Assembly: GCF_038025025.1 (NCBI RefSeq)
Contig: NW_027117347.1
Coordinates: 1,736,001-1,800,000, forward strand
Source of the DNA: Phyllosticta citribraziliensis
Taxonomy: Eukaryota
Length of the DNA: 64,000 nt
Direction of reading: 5' to 3'
Position 1 is the first letter of the stretch. Every line of letters starts with the position of its first letter. A program made the position numbers and the translations under genes. Positions 23,178-34,483 of the stretch are shown here, piece after piece. The notes under the pieces are model-generated. The model was not told where the DNA came from and did no database searches. It saw nothing but the letters and a program-made list of their open reading frames with translations.

Positions 23178-25007
23178 CTACCTTCCATCCCACTTATCAA
23201 GTCCGAGACCGCCAACCTCCCACGCCGCCGCCGCCTTGAGGATGCTCTCCTCGTCGAATCTCCTGCCAATAATCTGCATGGCCACCGGCATCTTCGCATC
23301 CCCGTCCTCGGCCTTGCCCCAGCCTGCCGGCATGCTCAGCGCCGGGTGACCCGTCACGTTGAACTGGCACGTATTCAGCGTCGATCCGATTGCCGGCTTC
23401 ATCTTGTCCTCGACCGACCCGTCCAGCGACGGGTGCTGGCTGTGCATGCGCGTAATCACGGGCGTAATCAACACGTCCACCTCTTCCAACGCCCGGTCGT
23501 ACGCCGCACGCAGCTCGTGCACGTGCATCATGGCCTTGCTCGCCAGCGACGCCCCGTCTGGCCGCTCTTGCAAGAGCGTTGCATTGAAGACCATGTTGGC
23601 CGAAGCTGGATTGTGCCGGTCCAACATGTCAAAGGTCGACTGCGAAAAGGCCGGAGGCGTCACGTCCGGGCAGGGATAAGACAGCAGCGGAGGTGGCATG
23701 TTGCGCATTCCCAGAGTCGCGATGCCGGCGCGTGTCGCAATAGTCCAAATGGACGGGCCCAAAAGGTGTTCCGGGATCGAGATGTGGCTAACCGACGCGC
23801 CAGTCGACTCGAATTGCGCAATGGCTGCTTGGACGACGCTGAAGATTTCTGGGCTCAGGCTTGGAACTGCGAGCGATTCGGTGATAACTCCAATGCGGAG
23901 ACCTCGGCCAGCCGTCTCTGCGGTCCATTCTCCAGCAGACTCTTTGGTAGCCCTGAACGACGCCAGTTGTGCTGAATAGTCTGGCACCTTGTGCCTGAGC
24001 GGTGTCTCGGGCGTACAGCGCGGATCAATCCCGTCGTATCCTGCAACAACGCCCAACAGCGTTGCAAGGTCCTCCAGACTACTCGCCATCGGGCCCGTGT
24101 GGTCAATCATTGGGAAAAGCGAGAGGATTCCAGAGTACGGCACCAGCCCATGGGTGGGTTTCAGGCCGTAGATGCCAGTGTACGCTGATGGCAAACGAAT
24201 GCTGCCACCTTGGTCGCCCCCTATCGCCATGTCCACGCCTTCTCCGAGCTCTTCATCGATGGATGGCAGTCCATGCCGTTTGCGCCACTCCTTGACTTGG
24301 TTGATGGCCACTAGAGCAGCGCAGCCACTGGAGCTGCCACCCGTGGTGTAGCCATAGGCCCAGGGGTTCTGAATTGGGCCTGTGTAGGACGTGAAGGAGA
24401 GGGGCGACATGGAGAGATGCTCACAGTTGGCGCTACCGCTGACTGTTCCCGCAGATTCAAGGACGCGCTTGACGACTATGGCATCAATCTTTGGGACAGG
24501 GTACTCCGACTTGCCCGTCAAGATTTCGGGAGTTGTTCCGCCAGTCAGCGGCACACCACCGATGGATACATTGTCTTTGAATGCGACAGTGCGGTTGGCC
24601 AGCCGCTTGTCTTTGGGCGAAGGAGACTTGATCTCAGACTGAAATCTACGTCAGTCTTTTGATTTCGACACTTGTCAAAGAAGCTACCTACCCGATGACT
24701 CCAGCCATTGAGAGGGTTGGGCTTTTGCTTGTACCACTGTCTGGGCAGCGTCTCCGCTTCAGGCTTGAGTCTTGGATCTTCATATTCTGGGAGATCCGCA
24801 ACTTGCTGCGCCGTGGCGTCCAGTCCATTCAAGAGGTGCCGGTAGTAGTCTTCCTCTTCGGCAGGAATCTTGACATTATGCTTCGCCGCAACTGCGCGCA
24901 GCCTCTCAATGTCCACTGCATTGCTTCGTCAGCCGGCTCATCACAGAATCCATTCAGCATTCTGACATACCAGTGGCAGGAGCGTTGCTAAGAAACACGA
25001 CCGACAT
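23178..25007 (-). CDS. Amidase (amidase-signature family)
   Basis: Lys-cisSer-Ser triad motifs AFKDN, GGSSSG and GGDQGGSIRLP; GLKPTHGLVP; TGHPALSMP. First exon MSVVFLSNAPAT, intron 24970-24916, second intron at about 24691-24639. Confidence 0.92.
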
Positions 25008-25227
25008 TTTCCCAATCACTTCGGAAGTTTCAGATAGTCCTTGGAAAGTCGCAATCCGCAAGCTGTGTATTTGTTCTCGCCTTTGGGCGTGCTATCTCGA
25101 CCCAATCTCGGCTTCCAATCCCACGGCCCACGACCGTTCGAGGCGCGCGTCTTCAGATATGCGCGAGGAGTGGGGGCTGACCAGAGGATCAACAATATGG
25201 GGAATCCGTGCGGTACCGGTAGTCCAG

Positions 25228-25873
25228 CTTATCTGCAGACTCGACTGGCCGACCTATCGATACGGGGTTCGATGGGTTTGTAATTCGGGCCCCCTGAAAC
25301 CAATCTTTTGCGGGTAGGCACTCGAGCAACGATTTGCCAAAGAAACTGTCGACTTTGGTAAATGAAGAACTAGACGAACAGCGGCCCTCGAGAGTGAAGT
25401 CTACATTTCCCTTCAAGGTTTTGCTCTGGTTATTTCCGGCTAAATTCCGTATTCGAAAGTCGTTACCGCTAGGACCCTGACGGGATGTGGAGAGCCTCAA
25501 GCTGGGGCTGGTGGCCTTAGGCTTGCGTTGCACTTAGTCAGCAAACACCCAGAGTCCTCCTATTCACGCCTCCAAACGCTCTGCATGTCAAAGGCCACAA
25601 GCGGAAAATGTTAAACGACTCAGACTGGCCCGAAACTAGGCCGGCGGCCTGCTGTGGTGTCGTTGCTCGGCACCGAGTACCGATGTGTCGGCATCCACCA
25701 AGTGACCACCAACTGGCCATTGAGGACGAGGTCGCACCCACGTCTATCAGCTTATCGCTCCACACCCCCGTTTGGTCACAGCCGGGCCAAGATAGGCGTG
25801 GATTCCATTGGATGCTTTTCCACAATGTGCAATGGGAGACACCGAATTGCCATGGCCCAAGACCGTATCTATC
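25228..25873. promoter_or_regulatory. GATA elements in the amidase/hydantoinase divergent promoter
   Basis: CTTATC at 25228 and 25751, CTATC at 25254, 25744 and 25869, AGATAG at 25790. These match AreA/NIT2-type GATAR sites. Confidence 0.45.
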
Positions 25874-26008
25874 GGCTCGCTGCGTCCGTCGACGAGGCGC
25901 CGCTGACTGCGAGGCTGCGCGAGGCTTGCTATTTAAGACACAAGTCCGGCGTTTGGTCTGTTGTGCTACTCGTGATACCCTTTTCGAATTTCCACAGCCT
26001 TCTCCATC

Positions 26009-29000
26009 ATGTCGTCGAGTTCAAGAGGTTACCGTCTTGGTGTAGACGTCGGCGTAAGTGCGCATTTGGAGTAGTAAAACTTTCGAAATTCTCACGCGCT
26101 TTTGCAGGGAACGTTTACAGATGTCTGCGTCATTACGCCCGAGGGAAAGACGGTCCGCGCAAAAGTCCCGACCAACATCGTCGACCAGAGCGTGGCAGTG
26201 AAAGAGGGTGTCGACCAAGTACGAAGTCTATTAAAAGAGCAGTATGGCTGGGACGGCAAGTTTGAATACATCCACCACGGTACAACCACCGCCACAAACG
26301 CAATCTTGGAAGGCAAAGGCGCAAAGACGGGCCTCATTGTCACTTCTGGCCACAAAGACATTCTCAGCTTCCGAAGATCTCAAATCCCTGGCGGCCTTGG
26401 AGCGTGGATCAACTGGCAGCAGCCCGCTCCGGTGGTACCGTTGGAGAGAACGGTCGAGGCACCTGAGAGAATTTCGATCCAAGGCGAGGTCGTGAGACCA
26501 CTCGACGAAGTAGCGTTCCGCAAGAGCTTGCAAGATTTGAAGAGGCAGAAGCCAGAGGCCATTTCCGTCAGTTTGCTCAACTCGTTTGCAAACAACGCCC
26601 ACGAGGAGGAGATTAGGAAAGTTCTCGAGGATGAGTTTGGACCTGAAGTCGAAGTCGTCACTTCAACAGAGATCCTGCCCGAGATTCAAGAGGTGAGTTT
26701 TGTGATCCGCCAAAGATGGACATACAACTGACGAAGCTAGTACGAACGTACTGTCACCACCACCGCAAATGCTGTCGTCAAACCCGTGGTGAAGAACTAC
26801 CTCAACAACCTGAAGAATCTACTGAGCCCGGACACGGACACATTACGAATCCTCAAGTCGGATGGCGACCTGACCTCCGTTGACCTCGCCGGCCAGCAAC
26901 CCGTCAACATCTTGATGAGTGGTCCCGCGGGAGGTGTCATCGGTGTTGGACATGTGATAGCTAAAAACACTCCCTTCAAGAACCTCATCACCCTCGACAT
27001 GGGTGGAACGTCAACAGATTGCGCCTTGATTCCCGGCACCAACGCCGTTCTGCGCCGCGAGACTGTCGTCGGCCATCTGACTGTCAAGGCGCCGTCCGTG
27101 GACGTGCGAACCGTCGGTGCTGGCGGTGGATCTATTGCCAACTACAACAAGCTGACCTCGACACTTCGCGTTGGCCCTGAATCCTCCGGAGCACGGCCTG
27201 GCCCTGCGGCGTACGGAAAAGGCGGTACCCTCGCCACGGTGACTGACGCAAATTTGGTCCTGGGATATCTCCCGTCCAAGCTTTTGGGAGGAGCCTTCCA
27301 GCTCGATGTCCAGGCTGCTGCCACGGCTGTCGAGTCGATAGCATCGCAGATGGGTCTGGGTGTATCCCAGGCGGCCGAGGGCATCATCAACTTGGTCAAC
27401 GAGACCATGTACGGTGCGCTGCGTCTGGTGTCTGTCGAGCAGGGCTACGATCCGCGCGAGTTTGCTCTGGTTGCTTTTGGAGGCGCAGGTCCTCTGCACG
27501 CAAATGCCGTCGGCAAGCTGCTTGGGGCCTTCCCCGTCATTGTCCCTCCCGCCCCTGGTATTCTGTGCGCTCAGGGCGATGCCACAACAAAGATGTCGCA
27601 TGAGCAATCTTGCACGTACATCAAGGTGTTGGCCAACACTTCGGCAGAAGAGCTCAGGGCTGCGTTTGATGAACTCAAGGTGGGATGCACAGACACGATG
27701 AAGAAGTCGCTCGCCACCGAGGACCCGGCCCTGGACATTTCGTACCAGGTAGACATGAGATACAAGGGCCAGGCCCTGACGCTCACGGTCGACATGGTCG
27801 AGGCGGACATCATGAACGACACAGACACTCTCTTCGCTCTCCTCCGCCAAAAGTTTGCTGCCGTCCACGTGCAGCAGTTCAGCTTCTCCCTCCCCGACAC
27901 GATCGACCTCGAGATGATGCGCCTGCGCGTCAAAGCCACAGACGGCTCTCCTGAAGTCACGATTCAATCCATCGAAGCCGCGACCTCCTCCACGCCCCCC
28001 GACTCAGCCATCATCTCGCGCAGCCCCATCGTCGTCAACGGCGAAAAGGTCGAGGCAACCTTCTGGGACAGATCCGCCATCACCAAGAAGGGCTACCGCA
28101 TGTCTGGACCGTGTGTTATCACCGAGATGGACAGCAACACGCTGATCCTGCCCGGGTACACGGGTGAAATCGACGGCATGGGCAACATCCTCATTCGTCC
28201 CGACGACACTGTGCAGACGTGGGCGGAGGAGCTGGTCGACACGCCGGAATCGGCGCGTGAAGCCGTCGAGCGGAACCCCCTGATCCCTACCCTCATTGCC
28301 AGTTCGCTCGGCAGCATCAGACGCGAAATGGACACGCTGATGCTGCGGTGCGCAATGAGCCCGGCTATTCGTGACCAGCAGGACGAGTTCAACGTCATTA
28401 CGAATACAAAGGGCCAGATGCTTGTGGGGCAGTTTGGCAGCTTCATTGCCCAATTTTTGAAGAATTGGAAAGGTACGATTGAGGAAGGCGACGTCTTTGT
28501 CACCAACGACACGTATGAAACGGAGGGTGCCGTGTCGCATCTCAACGATGTGATTGTCATGCTGCCTATCTGGTATCATGGCAAGATTGTGGGATGGGCG
28601 GCCAACTTTGGCCATTTGACGTAGGTCTTCCATTCTTCTCTTCTGGTTTAAATGCTGACAAGTCTCAATAGGGACGTCCAAGGCAAGGTTCCCGGCTCCA
28701 TGAGCATCAACGCCTCCACCATTTTCGAGGACGGTCTTCAAATCCCGCCAGTCAAGCTGTACTCCAAGGGCCAGTTCAACGACAGCTTGCTTACCGTCTT
28801 CTGCCGCAACAGCCGCATCCCCGAGTGGTTCCAGAGCGACTTGACTGCGCTTGTAGCAGCATGCAGAACCGCGTCGACACGCGTCTGCGAGCTGTGTGAC
28901 CGCTTCGGCCTCGAAGTGTACCAGGCCGCCACCGACGACCTGCTCGCGCGCTGCCGCTCGGCAATCAGCCAGATCATCGAGACCAAGATCGGCGACGAGC

Positions 29001-30265
29001 GGTCCAGCTTCACCGACTTCATCGACGACAACGGCCACGAGGTGGGACCGTGGGCGATATCGTGCTCGATGCAAAAGGTGGGCAACCGGCTGGTGTTTGA
29101 CTGGGACGGCACCTCGCCGCAGTCGCCCACGTCCATCAATTACTACCTGTCGACGCCCATGTTCAAGATGTTCATCGGCTACTTCTTGCTCGCCATCTAC
29201 GACCCGCACTGCGTCGTCAACGACGGCTTCCACGACCTGGTCGACCTGCAGATTCCCTCGGGCACGATTCTGCGTCCCATGCGTCCCGGCTCTCTCTCTT
29301 GCCGCACCCACCTTCTCGGCCGCATCATGGACGTCATCCAGGCGCTTTTCGGCCAGCGCAACCCCGCATACCGCGCCGCCGCCGGCTTCTCCGACTCGCC
29401 GCATCTCTTCTACTCGGGCTGGAAGCCCAACGGCGAGTGGTTCCTGCTGTACCAGATCGGGTTCGGCGGCGTGCCGGCGCGGCCGCTGGGCGACGGGCCC
29501 GACTGCCACTGCCTGTTCCCGGCCATCAAGAGCATCCCGACCGAGAACATCGAGCTGTACTTCCCCATCATCGTCGAGGCCAACGAGGCCGTGGCCGACA
29601 GCGGCGGCGCCGGCTTCTACCGCGGCGGCAACGCCCAGCGCACCCTCTACCGCTTCCTGTGCGCCGGCGAGGTCAGCATCCACGACGACCGCTGGCTCAC
29701 CAAGCCGTGGGGCGTCAACGGCGGCGCGCCCGGCTCGCGCTCCCGCAAGGCCGTCTTCCGCAACAGCAGCTACGGCACGCCCGCCGCGCCGCAGCACTAC
29801 GAGATCCTGCCCAGCAAGATGGACCACCTGGCCGTGCAGCCGGGCGACGTGCTGGAGTGGATAACGTGGGGCGGCGGCGGGCTGGGCGACCCGCTCACGC
29901 GGCCGGCCGAAACCGTCGCCCTCGAGGTGCACCGCCGGCTCGTCACCTTGGACGGCGCCAAGCGCAAGTACGGCGTCGTGGTCAACGCGGGCGACTTCTC
30001 GGTCGACGAAGCCGCCACCGAGGCGCTGCGCGCCACCATGCGCGCGGCCCGGCCCGCCGGCTGGAGCGACGTCTGCTACGACCGCGGCGGGTCGCTCGAG
30101 GAGATTCTGGCCACGGCCGAGGAGGAGACGGGGCTGAAGGCGCCGCGGCCGCAGTGGGAGCGCGATCCGTATGGCCCGCACATGAACGAGGTGTATGTGA
30201 AGGAGTGGTTCAAGACGATGCGGGAGCGGGGCGGCTGGACGTTGGATGACGTGGGGAAGATGTAG
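26009..30265 (+). CDS. Fused ATP-dependent hydantoinase/oxoprolinase A+B (putative lactamase)
   Basis: RLGVDVGGTFTD, HGTTTATNA, SGPAGG, DMGGTSTD, GAGGGSIA, TDANLVLG, FGGAGPLHA, SHLND, GHLTDV, DSGGAGFYRGG, GGGGLGDP. Introns 26054-26107, about 26693-26740 and about 28621-28670. Confidence 0.93.
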
Positions 30266-30340
30266 AAAGGGAAAGAAAGCTTTATAATTCGATTCGCCTT
30301 GCATATTACTCTTATTCGCGCCTCTAAAGCCACCTATGTA

Positions 30341-31738
30341 TCAGTTTAGATGGATCAGCTTACCATCGGCATCTAGATATCCCTTGGCGACCACATCGAC
30401 TGCTCGTCTCAATCTCCTGACAGACTCCCGAACTTCTTCCTCCGTGATGATGAAGGGCGGCGACACCACCACCGAGTCCATCTTCCAGGTCCCGGGGAAC
30501 CCCATGTTCTTGAGCACAAGCACGCCCTGCTTCTCCACCGCCTCGTCCACGACCCGATGCGAGAAGTCGTCGCCCATCGGGAACGGTGTCCGCGTCGCCG
30601 GGTCGCGCATGAACTCGACAGCCCACAGCAGCCCGCGCCCGCGGATGTCGCCCGTGAGTGGATGTTGGCCGAGCTCTTCGCGCAACAGCCGCCCCAGCAG
30701 CTCGCCCTGCTTTCTCACGTTCGACAGGAGGTCGCGCTCTTTGATGATCCGCTGCACTGCGAGCGCGGCCGCACACGACGTCGGGTGTGCCTGGAACGTG
30801 TGGCCGCCCGCCAGCGCGCCTTGCGGCGTTGCAATGGCGTCGAAAATGCGCTGGTGGACGAGGACGCCAGAGACCGGGATGAAGCCACCGCCGAGCGATT
30901 TTCCAATCATCTGCAGGTCCGGCCCGCGAATGCCTTCTTGCTGCCAGGCGTGCAGAGTGCCCGTCCGCCCCATTCCGCATAGCACTTCGTCGAGGACCAG
31001 CAGCGCCCCGTACTTGTCGCATATTTCCCGTACGGCCTTGAAGTAGCCCTTGACGGCAGGAACGGAGGCGAGCGTCGAGCCCGCAACCGTCTCGGCGACA
31101 AAAGCAGCGACGGTGTGCGGGCCCAGCCGCTGGAACTCGGCCTCAATCTGTTCGACCAAGCGCGCGAGATACGCTTCATCCGACTCGCCGTCCCGCTTGC
31201 CGCGATAGGCACAGCAGGCGTCGACGAACGAAACATTCTCCGACATCCAGTGCCGGTACAAGTCGCGGCGGCCCGCGTGTCCGGTGATGCACAGCGCGCC
31301 GAGCGTGTTGCCGTGGTAGCTCTGCCTCCGCGCGACGAAGTTGACGCGCCGCGTCTCTCCCTTCGCCGCCCAAAACTGCGTCACCAGCTTCAGCACCGCC
31401 TCGGTTGCTTCGCTGCCCGAGCCCAGGAAGATGGCCTTGCTCAGCCCGCCCGGCCGGCCTTCCAGGATGTGCGCCGCCAGTTCTTCCGTCGTGTCTTCGC
31501 AGAACCCGCCGCCGGAGAATAGGTAGCCGATTTTGGTGAGTTGTTTGCTGACAGCTTCGGCTACCTCGGGCACGTTGTGCCCGATGCAAGCTACGCCTGG
31601 CCCTCCCGTGGCGTCGATGATGGTTCGGCCGTCGTCGAGGGTCAATGTCGTTCCCGAAGCGGAGACTATGCGCAGAGGCTTTTGAGAGAAGGAGCGGTGG
31701 AAGATGCTGGAGCGTTGGAAAAACTCGTTGAGCGCCAT
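30341..31738 (-). CDS. PLP-dependent class III (omega-amino acid type) aminotransferase
   Basis: Intronless. SGSEATE, SYHGNT, AAFVAETVAG, LVLDEVLCGMGRTG, PLP lysine in QMIGKSLGGG, GHTFQAHP. Confidence 0.93.
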   Translation of the reverse strand: MALNEFFQRSSIFHRSFSQKPLRIVSASGTTLTLDDGRTIIDATGGPGVACIGHNVPEVAEAVSKQLTKIGYLFSGGGFCEDTTEELAAHILEGRPGGLSKAIFLGSGSEATEAVLKLVTQFWAAKGETRRVNFVARRQSYHGNTLGALCITGHAGRRDLYRHWMSENVSFVDACCAYRGKRDGESDEAYLARLVEQIEAEFQRLGPHTVAAFVAETVAGSTLASVPAVKGYFKAVREICDKYGALLVLDEVLCGMGRTGTLHAWQQEGIRGPDLQMIGKSLGGGFIPVSGVLVHQRIFDAIATPQGALAGGHTFQAHPTSCAAALAVQRIIKERDLLSNVRKQGELLGRLLREELGQHPLTGDIRGRGLLWAVEFMRDPATRTPFPMGDDFSHRVVDEAVEKQGVLVLKNMGFPGTWKMDSVVVSPPFIITEEEVRESVRRLRRAVDVVAKGYLDADGKLIHLN

Positions 31739-31987
31739 TGCAGAAGAAAAGGAGGTGAACGGACGCTATTCAGTCGAAGTTCAAGGAAGTCGGCGTGGAC
31801 ATGTGGCCGGGGTTGACGTATTTGAAGGAAGAACAATGCTCTTGATGCCGACCAGGTCTTTCTAAATAGAGCGACATCGGGAATTGACACGCCACGCCGT
31901 ACGGCTCCATCAAGAACGTGGTGTAGTCATGGACCCTTTCCAAACACTGAGCTTGTGCCACCCGACGATGTTGTGCCTTGCACCGCC

Positions 31988-32160
31988 AGCCAATCAAGAA
32001 AAGCGCGCCAGAACCGCCCAGCTAAGCTTTTCCCTAGCGTCCACTCCGCCAGATCTGGGCCAAGCTTTGAGTGTTTGGTACTAGGGAACCTAGTCATCGA
32101 CGACATGGTTTATCGTTCGAGATATGACCCCAGCCGCGTTGTCGACGCGTTAGCCAATCA
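31988..32160 (+). promoter_or_regulatory. Two AGCCAATCA (CCAAT-box) elements
   Basis: Identical 9-mers at 31988-31996 and 32152-32160 in the aminotransferase/permease divergent promoter. Confidence 0.45.
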
Positions 32161-32297
32161 CAAAATGCCCGCTTGAGCCGCCCGGCTAAGCGCGCTGCGC
32201 AAGACACCTCAACACGATGGGCGCGCGGTGGTTGTGGAAGTCAGTCAGTACCTGAAAACAAGGAGTTGGACCTCGGAGACCTGGCCGCCAAACGGAA

Positions 32298-32315
32298 GAT
32301 AAGGATAAGGATAAG
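32298..32315 (+). promoter_or_regulatory. Triple tandem GATAAG (nitrogen-regulated GATA factor sites)
   Basis: GATAAGGATAAGGATAAG about 170 nt upstream of the permease ATG. Confidence 0.6.
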
Positions 32316-32487
32316 AGTTGATCCACACGGTGTGGAGTAGTTCAACACTGCGATTACCTACCTACTCGACCGCCTTTATGAGGCGCCGGTTCCGCAACAA
32401 CCTTCGACGTGCAATGAACAACGTCCCTGCGTCTTGGCCCGCACGACAAACCAGGCCATTTTGAAAGACTGCTTTACGACCGTCGAC

Positions 32488-34368
32488 ATGCCGGATTCGC
32501 AGCGAACGCCGCATAGCGGCTCTCCTGATCAGAAAGGAGCCACGGGCAAGGCCGGTCCGAGAGTGGATTTCGAAGAAGGCGATGTTGGCGATGTGCAGAG
32601 CGGCCATGTGGACGCGTCCGACCACACGCACCGACGACTGAAGCCGCGGCATATCCAGCTGATTGGCATCGCGGGCACGATCGGCACTGCGTAAGACCCC
32701 TCGAATTCAAATCGATTTGACAGAAAAAATGCAGTTCGCTCTGACGCCCCTTGTGAACGCAGGCTATTCGTCAATATTGGAAAAGGCTTGCTGAGCGGTG
32801 GACCCGCGAGTTTGTTCATGGCGTACTGCTTGTGGTGAGTAAGAGAACTAAGGACTTGTCGGTGAACTCGCGCTGAGCTGACGGATGCAGGTGTCCCGTC
32901 ATTCTAGCCATTTCCCTCTGCATGTCGGAAATGGCGACGTATCTCCCCGTCTCGTCGCCCTTCATCCGCTTTGCAGGCCGGTTCGTCGACGAGGCATTCG
33001 GCGTCGCGGCGGGCTACAACTTCTTCCTCTTCCAAGCATCGCTGTGTGAGCAAAGACCCTCGACTATGCCATCCCATCTCATCCTGACCGACTGGCTGCG
33101 GCTAACACATCGCCACAGTACCATTCGAGATCACCGTCTGCAACGTGGTGATACGGTACTGGACCGAGGCCATCCCAGTGTGGGCCGTGTGCCTCGTGTT
33201 CCTCTCGCTGTACGCCATCCTCAACTTCGTCGCCGTCAAGTTCTTCGGCGAGGCCGAGTTCTGGCTGTCAATCGGCAAGGTCGTCCTGATCGTCGGCCTC
33301 ATCTCCTACACGTTTGTCGCCATGGTCGGCGGCAACCCGCGACGTGACGCGTTTGGCTTTCGCTACTGGGACGACCCTGGTGCTTTTAGAGAGCTCTACC
33401 GCGAGGGCGACCTCGGCCGCTTTCTGGGCTTTTTGTACTGCCTCATCCAAGCCGCTTTCGTCATTGCTGGTCCCGAGTATGTCTCGATGACGGCGGGCGA
33501 GGCCGAGAATCCGAGAAAGGTCCTCCCGAAGGCGTACAAGTCCATCGTCTGGAGGCTGACGACTTTCTTCGTTCTTGGCTCCCTGGCTGCTGGAATTGTC
33601 GTGCCGTCGAATGACCCGAAGCTGAAGGAGGCGTACTCGAGCAGCAAGGGAGGCGCCGCCGGATCGCCGTACGTGCGGTCGATGGACATCCTCGGCATCC
33701 CGGTCTTGCCTCACATTGTCAACGCGTTGATCTTGACATCGGCCTTCAGCGCCGGCAACAGCACGACGTACTGCGCAACACGCACCCTGTACGGCATGGC
33801 TCTCGAGGGCAAGGCGCCTCGCCTCCTGGCAAAATGCAACAACGCCGGCGTGCCGTACTACTCGGTTGCGATCGTCCTGTGCTTTGGCGGCCTCTCCTTC
33901 CTGCAGGTTTCCAACTCGACCGCCGTCGTGCTCAACTGGTTCGTGTCCCTGGTCACAGCCTCCCAGCTGATCAACTTCTGCGTCATCGCCTTCACCTTCA
34001 CACGCTTCATGAACGCATGCGGCGCCCAAGGAATCTCCAGAGACTCGCTGCCGTACAAAGCACCGTTCCAGCCATACACGACCTGGTTCGCGTTCTCAGC
34101 CTGTTTCGTCATGACTTTCATTGCCGGATACAGCATCTTCATCGACGACAACTTCACCGTCCCAGATTTTCTCTTTCAGTACATGATGGTCGGCGTGTTC
34201 CCGGTGGTGTTTGTTTTCTGGAAGGTGTTGAAGAAGACAAAGTGGCTGAAGCCTATTGAGGTCGACCTCACGACCGGCGTGTGGGAGATTGACGTTTACA
34301 CAGAGAACTTTGTGCCCACGCCATCAAAGACGGTGTTTACGCGGGCGCTGGATAAAATATTCAGTTGA
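32488..34368 (+). CDS. Amino-acid permease (APC superfamily, yeast amino-acid transporter type)
   Basis: HRRLKPRHIQLIGIAGTIGT, GPASL, FGEAEFWLSIGKV, GFRYW, TAGEAENPRKVLP, LPYKAPFQPY; multiple TM helices; three short 5' introns. Confidence 0.93.
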
Positions 34369-34483
34369 GTGTGTGAATAGAGAGTCAGTAACTGTACTTG
34401 AATGATGACACGCGAATTCGCCGCTGCTATTACAAGCAAGGGCTCGCTTTCGATCGCTGTCGGTGAGAGGGAGAGATGCGATG

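Noticed and set aside
28004..30304. 766-aa minus-strand ORF (and the + strand alternative-frame ORFs 28896-29864 and 29299-30249)
   Set aside because: Shadow of the GC3-rich hydantoinase coding sequence; no motifs of its own.
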